Below, in pieces: positions 48,805 to 58,582 of a stretch of 64,000 nt of DNA. The position numbers were made by a program, and so were the translations under genes. The DNA is from a virus. Lineage: Duplodnaviria > Caudoviricetes. Each line of letters starts with the position of its first letter. The first letter of the stretch is position 1. Under the pieces are notes generated by a model. That model did no database searches. It was not told the DNA's origin and worked only from the letters and a program-made list of their open reading frames with translations. The stretch lies in IMG/VR virus record IMGVR_UViG_3300049794_000047. One strand, 5' to 3'.

Positions 48805-49005
48805 ATGAAACGCCACAGCGTCAGGCTGACCCTGCGCACCGAGACCCTGCGCGTGCTGGCGTCAGCGGATCTGCGTGGCGTCGGTGGCGGCATGGATCCG
48901 TCCGACGAGGCCGGCGCATGCGGCTACACGCGGAGCTGGTGTGAGTCGTACGTTGTTTGCTACACCGGCGCCGGCGGGAGCTGTATCCAGGGCGGCTGCA
49001 ACTAG
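48805..49005 (+). CDS. double-glycine leader RiPP-like precursor peptide
   Basis: GAGG RBS; leader RLTLRTETLRVL...LRGVGGG; core with 5 Cys and several Ser/Thr. Confidence 0.7.
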   Translation: MKRHSVRLTLRTETLRVLASADLRGVGGGMDPSDEAGACGYTRSWCESYVVCYTGAGGSCIQGGCN

Positions 49006-49247
49006 CGCGGCTCGACGCGCTAACCTGCCAGCCTGTGTCAGCGCAGCGCCCGCGTATTTCGGCGGGCCGGCCGACACAGAAGAAAAGGACGAGCGGGTCG
49101 GCCCGGTTATAACCGGGTGCATCACGAGGTGGCCGTGTCGCGCTTGGCCTTCGCGCGCCGTGCCGCCCTTCTGTGCTACAGCTCGATAAGCTTTAATTGT
49201 AGCACAACCCCTACCCCTAGACGCCACGATCACGAAAGCTCATACTC

Positions 49248-50342
49248 ATGCCGCACACAACTCAGGACATCACAGCGCTCGCTCGCGCCACCGGCGCAGC
49301 CGGCCGCTCGTGGGCCCAATTCCAGTGTACCGATGCGGTGCAAGACTTCGTGACGGCACACAACGCGGCGCCGGACGCCTACCGCGACGCGTGGCGCGCC
49401 GCGTTCAACGCCGGCGAGGTGGAGCACCTCGCTGCGCAGGGCTGGGTGTCTCGCTGGACCACGGCTTCGACCGACTACGACTGCTTCGGGACCACGACGG
49501 CCGAGCAGTGCGGCGATTGGCACGGCAAGCCGTTGCGCCGGATCCTGTGCCACCCCCACCACGCGGGCTGCCAGGAGGGTCGCAACGGATCGGGCATGCA
49601 CCCGACGTGGGACGTGGACCCTCGGATCGAGGAGCGCGAGGCGATCGAGCGCTGCAAGCGGCTCGATCGCTTACGTGCCGAGGACGAGGCGCGGCGCTCG
49701 GCGGGACTGACGTGGCTGGAGGGTGCGACCGAGGCCGAGATCGAGGAAGCCAAGGAGCGCAACGAGATCGAGTCGCGCGGTCTCGCCTACATCGACCTGC
49801 GCGACGAGGTCAAGCGCCGCGTCGAGGCGAGCGCCTCGGCAGCGCGCGCCGCGACATGGGCGCGCTGCCGCACCTCGTTTGAGGACGGCGCCATCCTCGT
49901 CGACGACGGTACACCGGGCCAGCGCGGCGTGTACGGCTGGATCCCGGGGCAGCCGTCGCGCATCTACTATGACGTGCGTGTGGTGGAGCATTGGGCCCAC
50001 CCTGGCGACGCAGAGCAGGCCTCCGTAGTCGGCGGCGAGCACAGCATCGCCCCCGCCGGCTCGCTCGCGGACGTGGCGGATTGGATCGCCCGCGGTCGCT
50101 GCCGGGTCGTCACCGCGGACGACGTGCCGCCCGAGCCGGTCGCGTGCAGGATCGGTCACGATCACTGGAGGAAGATCGTCAAGGTCCAGGCGGGTGAGCG
50201 CACGGTGTGGGTCGGATATCCGCCGGTCGGCTACGCACCGATGGTCCTCGACGCTACCGGCCGGATCGTCCGGGCCAAGGCCGCGTGCGAGCTCGCCCTC
50301 GCCGAGTTCCATGCGGCGAACCATTTCCGTTACACACGCTAG
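49248..50342 (+). CDS. hypothetical protein
   Basis: 364-aa ORF with GC3-rich codons. Confidence 0.7.
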   Translation: MPHTTQDITALARATGAAGRSWAQFQCTDAVQDFVTAHNAAPDAYRDAWRAAFNAGEVEHLAAQGWVSRWTTASTDYDCFGTTTAEQCGDWHGKPLRRILCHPHHAGCQEGRNGSGMHPTWDVDPRIEEREAIERCKRLDRLRAEDEARRSAGLTWLEGATEAEIEEAKERNEIESRGLAYIDLRDEVKRRVEASASAARAATWARCRTSFEDGAILVDDGTPGQRGVYGWIPGQPSRIYYDVRVVEHWAHPGDAEQASVVGGEHSIAPAGSLADVADWIARGRCRVVTADDVPPEPVACRIGHDHWRKIVKVQAGERTVWVGYPPVGYAPMVLDATGRIVRAKAACELALAEFHAANHFRYTR

Positions 50343-50609
50343 CCAGCGGGGTCGCAACCTCACGAAGCGCAAGCCCCCTGAGGGACCTGGCGGCGTGCGA
50401 CGGCCGTACAAGAACATACGCGCGCTGCGACTCCACGGCGTGTGACGGCCGCAGAACATACGCCCTTTGCGTCTCTGGCCGAGTACCCGGCTCTCAGGCG
50501 CCACACGCCCCGCGGTGCCTGCGAGACGGGTATTCTATCACCCAGGCTCTGTGGTCGCGGACTTCCGCTCGTTTCATGCCTGGCACGCCACGAGCAAGGA
50601 AGATCCAAC

Positions 50610-50843
50610 ATGAAACACGCGTCCCATTGGAACCTGATCTTGGGCACACCGAACTTCATGTATCGAAACCTGGTCGCCGTCTATCACAAGACGGACCCTC
50701 GTAGCGGCTACGCAGACTACCGTGTGTTTCCGGCAGCCCTGCCCGCATCCTCACGGACCCTCAGCCGCGTGCTCGCCGTCGGCGGCTTGCCCGCCCGAGG
50801 GTTGAGCGATCAGATCGCTGATCGACTTGGAGACGTGCCGTGA
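50610..50843 (+). CDS. hypothetical protein
   Basis: ATG 14 nt after a sigma54-like motif. Confidence 0.5.
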   Translation: MKHASHWNLILGTPNFMYRNLVAVYHKTDPRSGYADYRVFPAALPASSRTLSRVLAVGGLPARGLSDQIADRLGDVP

Positions 50844-50899
50844 ATCTCGAGCACGACGACCTCGACTTCTTGCCATCCTCGCATTCAACCGGAGGAATC

Positions 50900-51118
50900 A
50901 TGTTTTCAATCCTGAGGGTCATCCTTCAGTTCGTCCTGACCACCAGCAACCCGCGCTCGACGTGTGAGTTGGTGCACCGCGATGCCAGCACCGCGGGAAC
51001 CTACTACCTGTACTGCGCGCAGACCGCCCCCGACGGGATCGAGCTAGTCACGGTCGGACACTTCGTCTCCGATGCAGCGGTACTCAGCAAAGCAGTCCCG
51101 GAGGAGAAGGGCTCGTGA
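50900..51118 (+). CDS. hypothetical protein
   Basis: GGAGG RBS. Confidence 0.5.
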   Translation: MFSILRVILQFVLTTSNPRSTCELVHRDASTAGTYYLYCAQTAPDGIELVTVGHFVSDAAVLSKAVPEEKGS

Positions 51119-51525
51119 ACCAGGTCAAGAGGGCCGCTCCCCCGTCCACCGCGCCTCGTCGCACGGCTCTGAAATCAAAACCCAAGTATCCCTACCTGGA
51201 TGGTTGCTACGTAGATGAAGGCTTCGATCGTACGCTAACACGCGAGTTCCTGCAGGCGACCGTCAACATCTCGCACTACAAGGGCGCGATGCTCTTGCGC
51301 GTGCTGCCCGAGCCTCCCAAGAAGGGCGCGAAACACAGTTGCACGTGTCCGTCGATCCAGTACCCGTCAGCCTGGCTTCGTGGCGACGACCTCGATGCGC
51401 TGATCGGGGTCCTGCGTGAGGCCAAGCGTATATGGCTGTGCGCGTACCGCAAGGCCGCGCGTGAGATCGTGAAACGTGAGAGTAAGGCGCTTCGACAACG
51501 CCGAGGAAAGAAGGCAGGCCGATGA
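51115..51525 (+). CDS. hypothetical protein
   Basis: GTGA-coupled. Confidence 0.55.
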   Translation: MNQVKRAAPPSTAPRRTALKSKPKYPYLDGCYVDEGFDRTLTREFLQATVNISHYKGAMLLRVLPEPPKKGAKHSCTCPSIQYPSAWLRGDDLDALIGVLREAKRIWLCAYRKAAREIVKRESKALRQRRGKKAGR

Positions 51526-51634
51526 CCAACGCGCCCCCAAGGCCTGACCCGCGCCACTGCAGCAGCGAATTCGACGGCATGCGCTTGTCGAGGTGGACCG
51601 CGGTCGTGGATTCGAGCGGCTGGGAGCTGGCTCA

Positions 51635-51910
51635 ATGACGAGGCCACTCGGCTTCGACACCAGCGCTGTGGACAACGCGAGGCTAGTCCTACTGGAGTTC
51701 GTAGCCTACCAGCTCTATCTGCAGAGCCTTGACATCAAGGACGGCCCGCGTTGGCTGACCTTGAGCGATGACCTCCGCCATCACTGGCTGGAGCGCGCCG
51801 TGGACCATTTCAAGTTATGGGAGACCAAGGAGATATGGTTCCAGAACCGGCGTGACGAAATGAACGCCGAGCTCGAAGCCAGCTTTCAGGCCAAGAAGGG
51901 GACACCATGA
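51635..51910 (+). CDS. hypothetical protein
   Basis: GGAG RBS, ATGA-coupled. Confidence 0.55.
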   Translation: MTRPLGFDTSAVDNARLVLLEFVAYQLYLQSLDIKDGPRWLTLSDDLRHHWLERAVDHFKLWETKEIWFQNRRDEMNAELEASFQAKKGTP

Positions 51911-52113
51911 GAGATCCGATCCGCATCGACCGCATGATCGAACTTCTCCGCACCGCATGGCACAAGACACCTGATCAGCGGCTCGGCCAACTCTTGTGCA
52001 ACATGTCGAAGCTTGGTGATAGCGACATCTGGCAGATCGAAGATGACGTCTGGGAGCGCAAGCTGAACTGGACGATCAACTGCGGTCTGGAGGCAGCAAG
52101 GGAGACCATATGA
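51907..52113 (+). CDS. small phage-type protein (DUF1040-like)
   Basis: MRDP.RI..MIELL...W...PDQRLGQLL.N. Confidence 0.65.
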   Translation: MRDPIRIDRMIELLRTAWHKTPDQRLGQLLCNMSKLGDSDIWQIEDDVWERKLNWTINCGLEAARETI

Positions 52114-52505
52114 CCACCAAGCTCTCAACTCGCCAGTTCATCGACAACACCATGTTGCTGAAGCTCGTCTCAGGCTCCCGCGCCAAGCGCGGCAGGGTCT
52201 TCGAGCGTCTCATGGAGACATGGAATCCGGCTGATGACGAGAACACCAGGTCTTACCAAATTGAAATCAAGATCAACGGGATCGAAGTCGATTTCGAGGA
52301 CTTCACGAGCGAGGTCAACCGTCAGCTCGACGAGATGGTCATGCGCGCCGCTCGCAGCATCATCGAGGACAGCATCCAGGAGCGGGTGCGCGCTGTATCC
52401 GACGCCATGTACGACATCGAGCAACATGTCAAGGATCTGGCGATTGCCATCGAGAACCAGGCAAGAACAGCGTGGGGCATGCCGCCGCGCATGGAGGATA
52501 AGTAA
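52110..52505 (+). CDS. hypothetical protein
   Basis: Coupled ORF, 131 aa. Confidence 0.65.
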   Translation: MTTKLSTRQFIDNTMLLKLVSGSRAKRGRVFERLMETWNPADDENTRSYQIEIKINGIEVDFEDFTSEVNRQLDEMVMRAARSIIEDSIQERVRAVSDAMYDIEQHVKDLAIAIENQARTAWGMPPRMEDK

Positions 52506-52507
52506 TC

Positions 52508-52777
52508 ATGCCCTGGGAGATCAAGCCTGGAGACTTCATCAAGGAGGGCATCGACTTCGGGCGCGTTCTCGTGAGTGGGGCGAAGACGTTCGACGTGATC
52601 TGGGTCGGCGGCTCGACGACGCGCTATCGACACGGTGAGCGTGACATCCGGGTCGTCCCGGGCGCCGAGCTTGACGCAATGACACGCGAACAGCTGACCC
52701 AGGAAGCGGAGACCGCGCTCCGCGAGCGGCGCGCCGGTGCGCAGATCCGGCGAGGGACCGTCTCGCCGCGAAGGTAA
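52508..52777 (+). CDS. hypothetical protein
   Basis: GGAGG RBS. Confidence 0.6.
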   Translation: MPWEIKPGDFIKEGIDFGRVLVSGAKTFDVIWVGGSTTRYRHGERDIRVVPGAELDAMTREQLTQEAETALRERRAGAQIRRGTVSPRR

Positions 52778-52823
52778 CGGTAATGAGTCGCGCTGTAAAT
52801 TAGACCAAAAAGGACTGACCCCC

Positions 52824-53048
52824 ATGTTGCAAGGCAAGATCATTCGTGACGGACAAGACTACTTTGTCAAGGTAGGCTCTGTCACCGTTGCCATCACCAG
52901 CGACGTCCATGCCCTGATCGCACAAGAGCGCACCGAGCACGAGCAGGCACTTGCCGAGTTAGGCGTTTCGTATAAGGACATCGTCGACCGCTATAACCAG
53001 ATAGCACGCATTGTCGGCGCGGACGGCGTGGGAAGACCGACAGCCTAG
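52824..53048 (+). CDS. hypothetical protein
   Basis: AAGGA RBS. Confidence 0.55.
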   Translation: MLQGKIIRDGQDYFVKVGSVTVAITSDVHALIAQERTEHEQALAELGVSYKDIVDRYNQIARIVGADGVGRPTA

Positions 53049-53050
53049 CC

Positions 53051-53455
53051 ATGATCATCAAGACCGCGACAGGCGAAGCCCTGATCATCAAGACCGCGAC
53101 AGTCGACGGCAGACAGATCGAGATCTACAAGGGCCTCACCGGCCCCCGTCCCTACTGGGCGGCCGTCAACCATCGTGCGCTGTTCCAGCGTAGGAGCCTG
53201 CACGTGCAGACGTTCGCAAACGCCGATGCCGCATGGGGCGCAGCTCTCAAAGAGGCCAAGATTCCCCCGAAAATCTCACCTGCCCGCACGGTCGGCTACT
53301 CCAACCTCGGGGGCGGAGGTCCCTTCGCACCGATGGGGGCGCCTCGCGCGGCCGACTACTTTGAGGGCAGTGGCCCGTCCGCTCCACTAGGAGCACCGCG
53401 TCGAGCTCAGAAGCGAGGGGTGCCACGACGCGCACCGAGGCGCGGTACCTCATGA
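53051..53455 (+). CDS. hypothetical protein
   Basis: Duplicated N-terminus IIKTAT. Confidence 0.55.
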   Translation: MIIKTATGEALIIKTATVDGRQIEIYKGLTGPRPYWAAVNHRALFQRRSLHVQTFANADAAWGAALKEAKIPPKISPARTVGYSNLGGGGPFAPMGAPRAADYFEGSGPSAPLGAPRRAQKRGVPRRAPRRGTS

Positions 53456-53766
53456 ACACGAGCTTCGTCCTCGTCAGCATCGAGATACCTGACGCGTTCC
53501 ACACTAGAGCACCCACCGAGCAGGAGCGGCAAGACGTCGCTCAGCTCATCCGCACATTGCTGCGCGAGGCTCTCGCCAAGAGCGCCGTCAGCGCCACCCT
53601 GGGCGGTGTGATCGCCCTGACGCCAGACGACGTCGACCGCCTCACTCAAGCGCTGCACCACGAGGCAGCACGCCGCGACGACGCTTGGCGCAAGCTCGAC
53701 GCCAAGTTCGTGCACCTGCGCGCCGCGATCGACCGCATCGTGTTGCTCCCGCAGGAGACCCCGTGA
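53452..53766 (+). CDS. hypothetical protein
   Basis: ATGA-coupled. Confidence 0.55.
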   Translation: MNTSFVLVSIEIPDAFHTRAPTEQERQDVAQLIRTLLREALAKSAVSATLGGVIALTPDDVDRLTQALHHEAARRDDAWRKLDAKFVHLRAAIDRIVLLPQETP

Positions 53767-53923
53767 CGCGGCGCCAAGCCCGTGAACCTTCACGTCGCGA
53801 TCGGGCGCATCGTGTTGCGCCCGCAGAAAACCCCGTGACGCGTTTCGCGCCTATCGCCAAGTTCGTGAACTCGCGTGCCGCGATCGGCCGCATCTCAGCG
53901 TATTGTGCCCGCAGGAGGACCCT

Positions 53924-54250
53924 ATGACGCGCCTGGAGTTTGCGCCTCAACCGTCCGAGGTTCTCGCGAAAACAGAGCAGCTTGCCAACAATCACGACTA
54001 CTGTGAGACACGCGTCTACACGATCTGGCCCGCCAACCAAATGGATCTGCCCGCAGTGACATCCGGGGCGTGGTACCAGGAGCGCCGCTGGCTCGTGCTC
54101 GATGTCACCGACGGGCTCGCCGCGGCGCACGTCGTCGAGGGGCCTGTCGCGTACCCTGAGGCGCTCCACCGCGCGGCAGAGTTGCGGGTCGTCGCGAGGA
54201 CGAAACCCATGACCAGCGAAAAAGCCCGTGCCAGAAAGCGAGACGTCTGA
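53924..54250 (+). CDS. hypothetical protein
   Basis: AGGAGG RBS. Confidence 0.6.
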   Translation: MTRLEFAPQPSEVLAKTEQLANNHDYCETRVYTIWPANQMDLPAVTSGAWYQERRWLVLDVTDGLAAAHVVEGPVAYPEALHRAAELRVVARTKPMTSEKARARKRDV

Positions 54251-54366
54251 TGAAGCAAGCAACGCGTCGACAAAGAGCGTCCTCCGTAGCCCTGCCTGGC
54301 AAACGCGAGCGCGGTGGCCCGACCGATGACGCTCCCGCGTGTCAAGGACCAAGGACTGGCGTTACC

Positions 54367-54684
54367 ATGATCGCAAGCGGCCCCAAGGCAGCAGAGTACA
54401 TAGCCCGCACCAACGGGCTGTGGGCCTTGTACCTGAGCACAGGGGACGTGCTGCAACCCTCAGCACCGGACAGCCCGGTACCGTTCCTGACGATGAAGGA
54501 GCGCCTTGATCTGACCCTCAACGGGTGGATGATCTTACTGTCGGATACCGAGGCCAAGATCATGACGCTGTTCCACCAGGCTGTCGGGGACGACGGACCA
54601 ACCCGCGATAACCCGTACAAGGGCAAGGCACGCGTCTATGCCTACGTCACTGGCCCGAGCGGCGGGATCACGGAGAACACGTGA
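54367..54684 (+). CDS. hypothetical protein
   Basis: AAGGA RBS; protein-like. Confidence 0.55.
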   Translation: MIASGPKAAEYIARTNGLWALYLSTGDVLQPSAPDSPVPFLTMKERLDLTLNGWMILLSDTEAKIMTLFHQAVGDDGPTRDNPYKGKARVYAYVTGPSGGITENT

Positions 54685-54841
54685 AGCTGCACACGTCGGG
54701 TTCCTGCCCAGCGTACGCGATAACCTTCAGCGCGTTGGCCCTCAGCAACGCGCCGCGAGTTGTCGGCGCTGCCGCACGCGTAGTGGAACACGTCCGCGCG
54801 GTCTATATCGGGTAACTCCTCAACGAGAAGTTGGAATAAAA

Positions 54842-55348
54842 ATGAGCGAAGAAGACAAGGCAGCACTGACCTGCAGACGCGCCGAGCTCGTTACGAGCCT
54901 CGCAGGAACACTAGCTGTTGAGGATCGCGTCCGCATTCAGGAGGAGCTGTCCGTCATCAACGCCAAGATCAAGGGACTGAACACAACGCAGGCGGCACAG
55001 CTCAAGGCCACGGCCAACCAACGAAAAATCATGGGACTGGCCGAGGCCCAGGCCAACGCCGCTCGGGCCACTGCCAAGATCACCACCGGCGCCGCAGACG
55101 GCAGCGAGGACGAGGACGAGGATCCTTCCGCGATCGATGCCTGGATCGACGCCGTGCTCCTGCGGCACGACGTTGACTTCACCCGGTCCCGCGCTGGTAA
55201 GATCTCGTTCAAAAATGCCCCGGAAGAGGTGGAAGTGCTCGAGGTGCTCATCGCCGGCCTCTACGCGGCCTCGCGCGGGCAGGAGTTGCCCGAACTACCG
55301 AGCGAGGCGCCGAAGCCCAAGAAGGCTTCCAAACCCAAGAGACCTTGA
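54842..55348 (+). CDS. hypothetical protein
   Basis: Helical ORF from MSEEDK. Confidence 0.6.
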   Translation: MSEEDKAALTCRRAELVTSLAGTLAVEDRVRIQEELSVINAKIKGLNTTQAAQLKATANQRKIMGLAEAQANAARATAKITTGAADGSEDEDEDPSAIDAWIDAVLLRHDVDFTRSRAGKISFKNAPEEVEVLEVLIAGLYAASRGQELPELPSEAPKPKKASKPKRP

Positions 55349-55539
55349 GAGATCGGGACCAGGTAGAAAAAGACCCACCGACATCTATGCGGCTTTGCGC
55401 GGGCAAGCCCTACCCAGAGCTAATGGGCGTGGCACCGAAACCCCAAGAGTGCCTCCAAAGCCCAAATGGGCGCCTGGGTAGAAAAAGACCCAGCTTTCAC
55501 AACGCCGTGAACACCGATACGAAGAAGAAATACGCATCT

Positions 55540-56430
55540 ATGCCCACGATCCTCAACCCCGAGTCGAGTCGCCTGAGTGACGAAACCATCGAATGGCTGC
55601 GCACGCACACCCGTTCGTGCACCGAGTCAGAGTTCCAAGCCGTACTCGCTGAGGTCCGCCATCACCGCACCGCGCAGCGCGCCAACGCCAGGCACGTGCA
55701 GCAAGTCGTGCGGGAGGCAGTGACCGGCTGGCTGGCCAACAACACTCCAAGCGCGTCCGCGGCGGAACGCCTGATTGCAGGAGAAGTTATCGGCAGTGCC
55801 CTTGCTGACCGCGTAGCCGTCGAGCTCGATCAGCCGTCGAATCACGATGCGCTCAGTGCCCGCCGCAGACACATGGCTGCGACTGCTGCGACTGCTGCGA
55901 CTGCTGCGACCGCTGCGGCCACTATCACCAGCGCCAAGAGGTCAACCGTGGATAACCTGAACGACATCACGCCGACCGCGCTCGACAACTTGGAGCGAGA
56001 TCTCGACGCGCAACCGCGCCTCCTGTCCGCGTTTTGCGCGGACCGCCTCGCCGAGTTGCGGTTCCACCTCCACGTCAAGACGCTGGTCGTCGAGCTACGT
56101 CGTCACCGCACGGCTCAACGCGCAAACGCCGAGCGCGTGCGGCAAGTCGTGCGCGCCGCTGTTAACGAGGTAAACCTAAGCAGCTTCTCGTACTACGAGT
56201 TGGCCAACAACCCGAGTCGTCTGGCCGACACCGTCGCCGACCACGCGGCCTCTGAGCTAGCGCTTCCGGAGCTGAGTGCAGAAGATGTCGACACGTTATG
56301 CTGGATGCGCGACCAGCACAAGCTGTACATCGAGTCGGCGAAACATGAGAAGCGTTCGCAGACCAGCACAGAACAGGCCGCAAGAGTTGTCGGACTGCTC
56401 GACCGCCTGCTGCTCAAAGGTGCAAAGTGA
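55540..56430 (+). CDS. hypothetical protein with duplicated module, paralog of 26295-26987
   Basis: E.R.HRTAQRANA..V.QVVR.AV twice. Confidence 0.65.
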   Translation: MPTILNPESSRLSDETIEWLRTHTRSCTESEFQAVLAEVRHHRTAQRANARHVQQVVREAVTGWLANNTPSASAAERLIAGEVIGSALADRVAVELDQPSNHDALSARRRHMAATAATAATAATAAATITSAKRSTVDNLNDITPTALDNLERDLDAQPRLLSAFCADRLAELRFHLHVKTLVVELRRHRTAQRANAERVRQVVRAAVNEVNLSSFSYYELANNPSRLADTVADHAASELALPELSAEDVDTLCWMRDQHKLYIESAKHEKRSQTSTEQAARVVGLLDRLLLKGAK

Positions 56431-56649
56431 TCGGTCTGCCCTCAGGGAGCACGTTACGCTTCTTGAAGAAGCTTGCCAACCGGGCCCGGCTTCCCCGTGG
56501 ACAGAGGAAATCTGTATCCGGGTATCTTGATACTCAGTCAACGTCGCGACACGGGTAAATCTATACCCAGCTCTGCATGATCACGCCTTTGCAAGTCCTG
56601 TCCAGGGGCTTGGCGCCTGGCACGCCTCGCGCAAACACAGGGAATCACC

Positions 56650-57555
56650 ATGTCCAAGACTTTCAAGCACGCATCCCGCACCGATGCCCAGAGCATCAAC
56701 CCCCTGTACCTTCGTATCGTCGGCGGGCTGGCTCTCCCCGAGGACGAACGGGGGCCCCTCGACACCGAAGTGGACGAGAACAGCCCGTTTCACGCCCACG
56801 ACGTGCTCCGCCCCCTCGACCCCCGCGACGTCGATGACGTGTTCGAACAGGGTGTGATCGCATCCATCGAGGTCGTCCGCGACAACGACATCCCGACGGT
56901 CAACTGGGGCCGGGGGCGCGTCCGGAAGGCCCGCGTGGCGAACCTCCGGCGCAAGAAGGAGGGCCTGCCTCTCATCGAGGTCAAGTTCATCGTCGTCCGC
57001 ATCACCAAGGGTCTCCAGTTGCTCAAGCGGGCCTTCGCCGAGAACCTCCGCCGCAAGACCTTCGGTCTGCTCGACCAGATCGAGCTCGCCAAGCAGCTCC
57101 TGCTGCATGGCGCCAGTGAGGAGGCTGCCGCAAAGGAGATCGGCATCCCCATCAGCCGCTTCAAGGCGGTGATGGCCTTCGAGGACAACGCCACCCCGAC
57201 CGTGAAGGAGGCCCTGCGGCAGGACCGCCTGAGCCCGAGCGCCGGGTTCGTGCTCGCCGCGATCACCGATCCCGCCGAGCAGGACCAGCGCCTCGCCGAG
57301 CTCCTGACCGCCCCCAAGCCCACGGTGCGCGCCGCAAGGCAGCTGAGTGGCAAGACGGAGGACGCCCCCCCGCGACGTCCCATGCAGAAGCGGCTCCTCG
57401 CGAGGGTCGACAAGCACGCGCGGGGGAACGAGTGGATGCAGGGCGCCAAGGCGGCGCTGAGCTGGATCATCGATGGGACCCTGCACAAGGATCTCGCCAA
57501 GCTCTTCGACAGCGCGGAGGAGCCCGTCGCCGCGGGTAAGAAGAAGACGACGTGA
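56650..57555 (+). CDS. ParB/Spo0J-like partition protein
   Basis: G..R...A motif, ENLRRK, HTH G.SEEAAAKEIG..IS, VKEALRQDRLS.SAG. Confidence 0.75.
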   Translation: MSKTFKHASRTDAQSINPLYLRIVGGLALPEDERGPLDTEVDENSPFHAHDVLRPLDPRDVDDVFEQGVIASIEVVRDNDIPTVNWGRGRVRKARVANLRRKKEGLPLIEVKFIVVRITKGLQLLKRAFAENLRRKTFGLLDQIELAKQLLLHGASEEAAAKEIGIPISRFKAVMAFEDNATPTVKEALRQDRLSPSAGFVLAAITDPAEQDQRLAELLTAPKPTVRAARQLSGKTEDAPPRRPMQKRLLARVDKHARGNEWMQGAKAALSWIIDGTLHKDLAKLFDSAEEPVAAGKKKTT

Positions 57556-57720
57556 ACACCGCGGGTCGAGACGTCGTGAGCACTGCGGGTCGAGGCGACG
57601 TGAGCGCCGCGGATCGAGGCGTCGTGAGCGCCACAGATCGAGACGTCGTGAGCGCCGCGGATCGAGACGTCGTGAGCGCCGCGGAGCGCAGCTGGGAGAC
57701 ATCGTGAGCACTGCGGGGCG
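57545..57720. repeat. 24-bp tandem repeat x6 plus one offset copy
   Basis: Consensus AGACGTCGTGAGCGCCGCGGATCG. Confidence 0.9.
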
Positions 57721-57966
57721 CATCTGGGAGCTCTGGGCCTACCGCCACGAGAACGGAGAGCTCTGGCACGCCTGGCACGTCTCGGCCGCCTGGGACGCCT
57801 CGGCCGCCTGGGACGCGCTGATCCACTACTACGCGGCGACGAGTCGCTGGGTGCCAGGATCCCCGGACCTATTCACCATCGGGATTCGTGCTGCCTACAC
57901 CGCGGGGCTCGCGGTCGCGTTGCCCATAGGACCGAATGAGCTCGGCTGGGCGATGGAGGGCGTATA

Positions 57967-58428
57967 GTGCGCCCGCCGATCAGCGGTCCGGTACTCTGCG
58001 CCTGTGGCTGGTACGGCACCCAGCACCAGTACTCCCCCTGTCCCGCATGCAGGAGGCCGTACGGCGATCAGGTGACGCCCGCGCGTTTAGCGCTCCTGCG
58101 CGCGTTTGCCACGAACGCGCAGTCTCCGCGCAAGCGCGAGCGCCTCGCGGAGTTGGTCAGGCTGGATCTGGTGAGCGCCAGCGGCCCGGCCTTGAGCGGC
58201 CGCAAGGTCAAGGGTGCCAAGGCGTCGTTGCGACCGTATGCACCGACGGCTAACGGCTGCAAGGTGCTTGAGGTCGCTGACCGCATTGTCGCTGAACAGA
58301 CCCGGCACAACCTCATCGTTGAGCAGACCCGTCACGACGTCGCCGCGAGCGTCGCGCGACACGCAAGCGTCGCGGAGCCCCGCGATGTCGCGCCACGTGC
58401 CATACCGCCGTGGAAGGCCTCACTGTAA
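57967..58428 (+). CDS. hypothetical protein (Zn ribbon plus winged-helix-like)
   Basis: CACG...CPAC; L.RL.LV...Y.PTANG..VL. Confidence 0.5.
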   Translation: MRPPISGPVLCACGWYGTQHQYSPCPACRRPYGDQVTPARLALLRAFATNAQSPRKRERLAELVRLDLVSASGPALSGRKVKGAKASLRPYAPTANGCKVLEVADRIVAEQTRHNLIVEQTRHDVAASVARHASVAEPRDVAPRAIPPWKASL

Positions 58429-58496
58429 TTATGCTGTGTGTGGAAAAGAGACCAAAACTGCGCAGCTCCGTGTGCGCCCCCCGCGGGAAAATCTTA

Positions 58497-58582
58497 GGGG
58501 CTGGAACGAAATAACCTGGTCGTTTCATGCAGTTTCTCGTCGAGGAATCGTCGAAACGACCAAGTTATTAAAGTCCAGCCCC
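58497..58582 (+). mobile_element. 86-bp MITE, copy 8
   Basis: TTA on both sides; paired substitutions GTCG/CGAC in the arms. Confidence 0.85.

Noticed and set aside
57545-57720. 24-bp array as CRISPR
   Set aside because: Head-to-tail repeats with no spacers.
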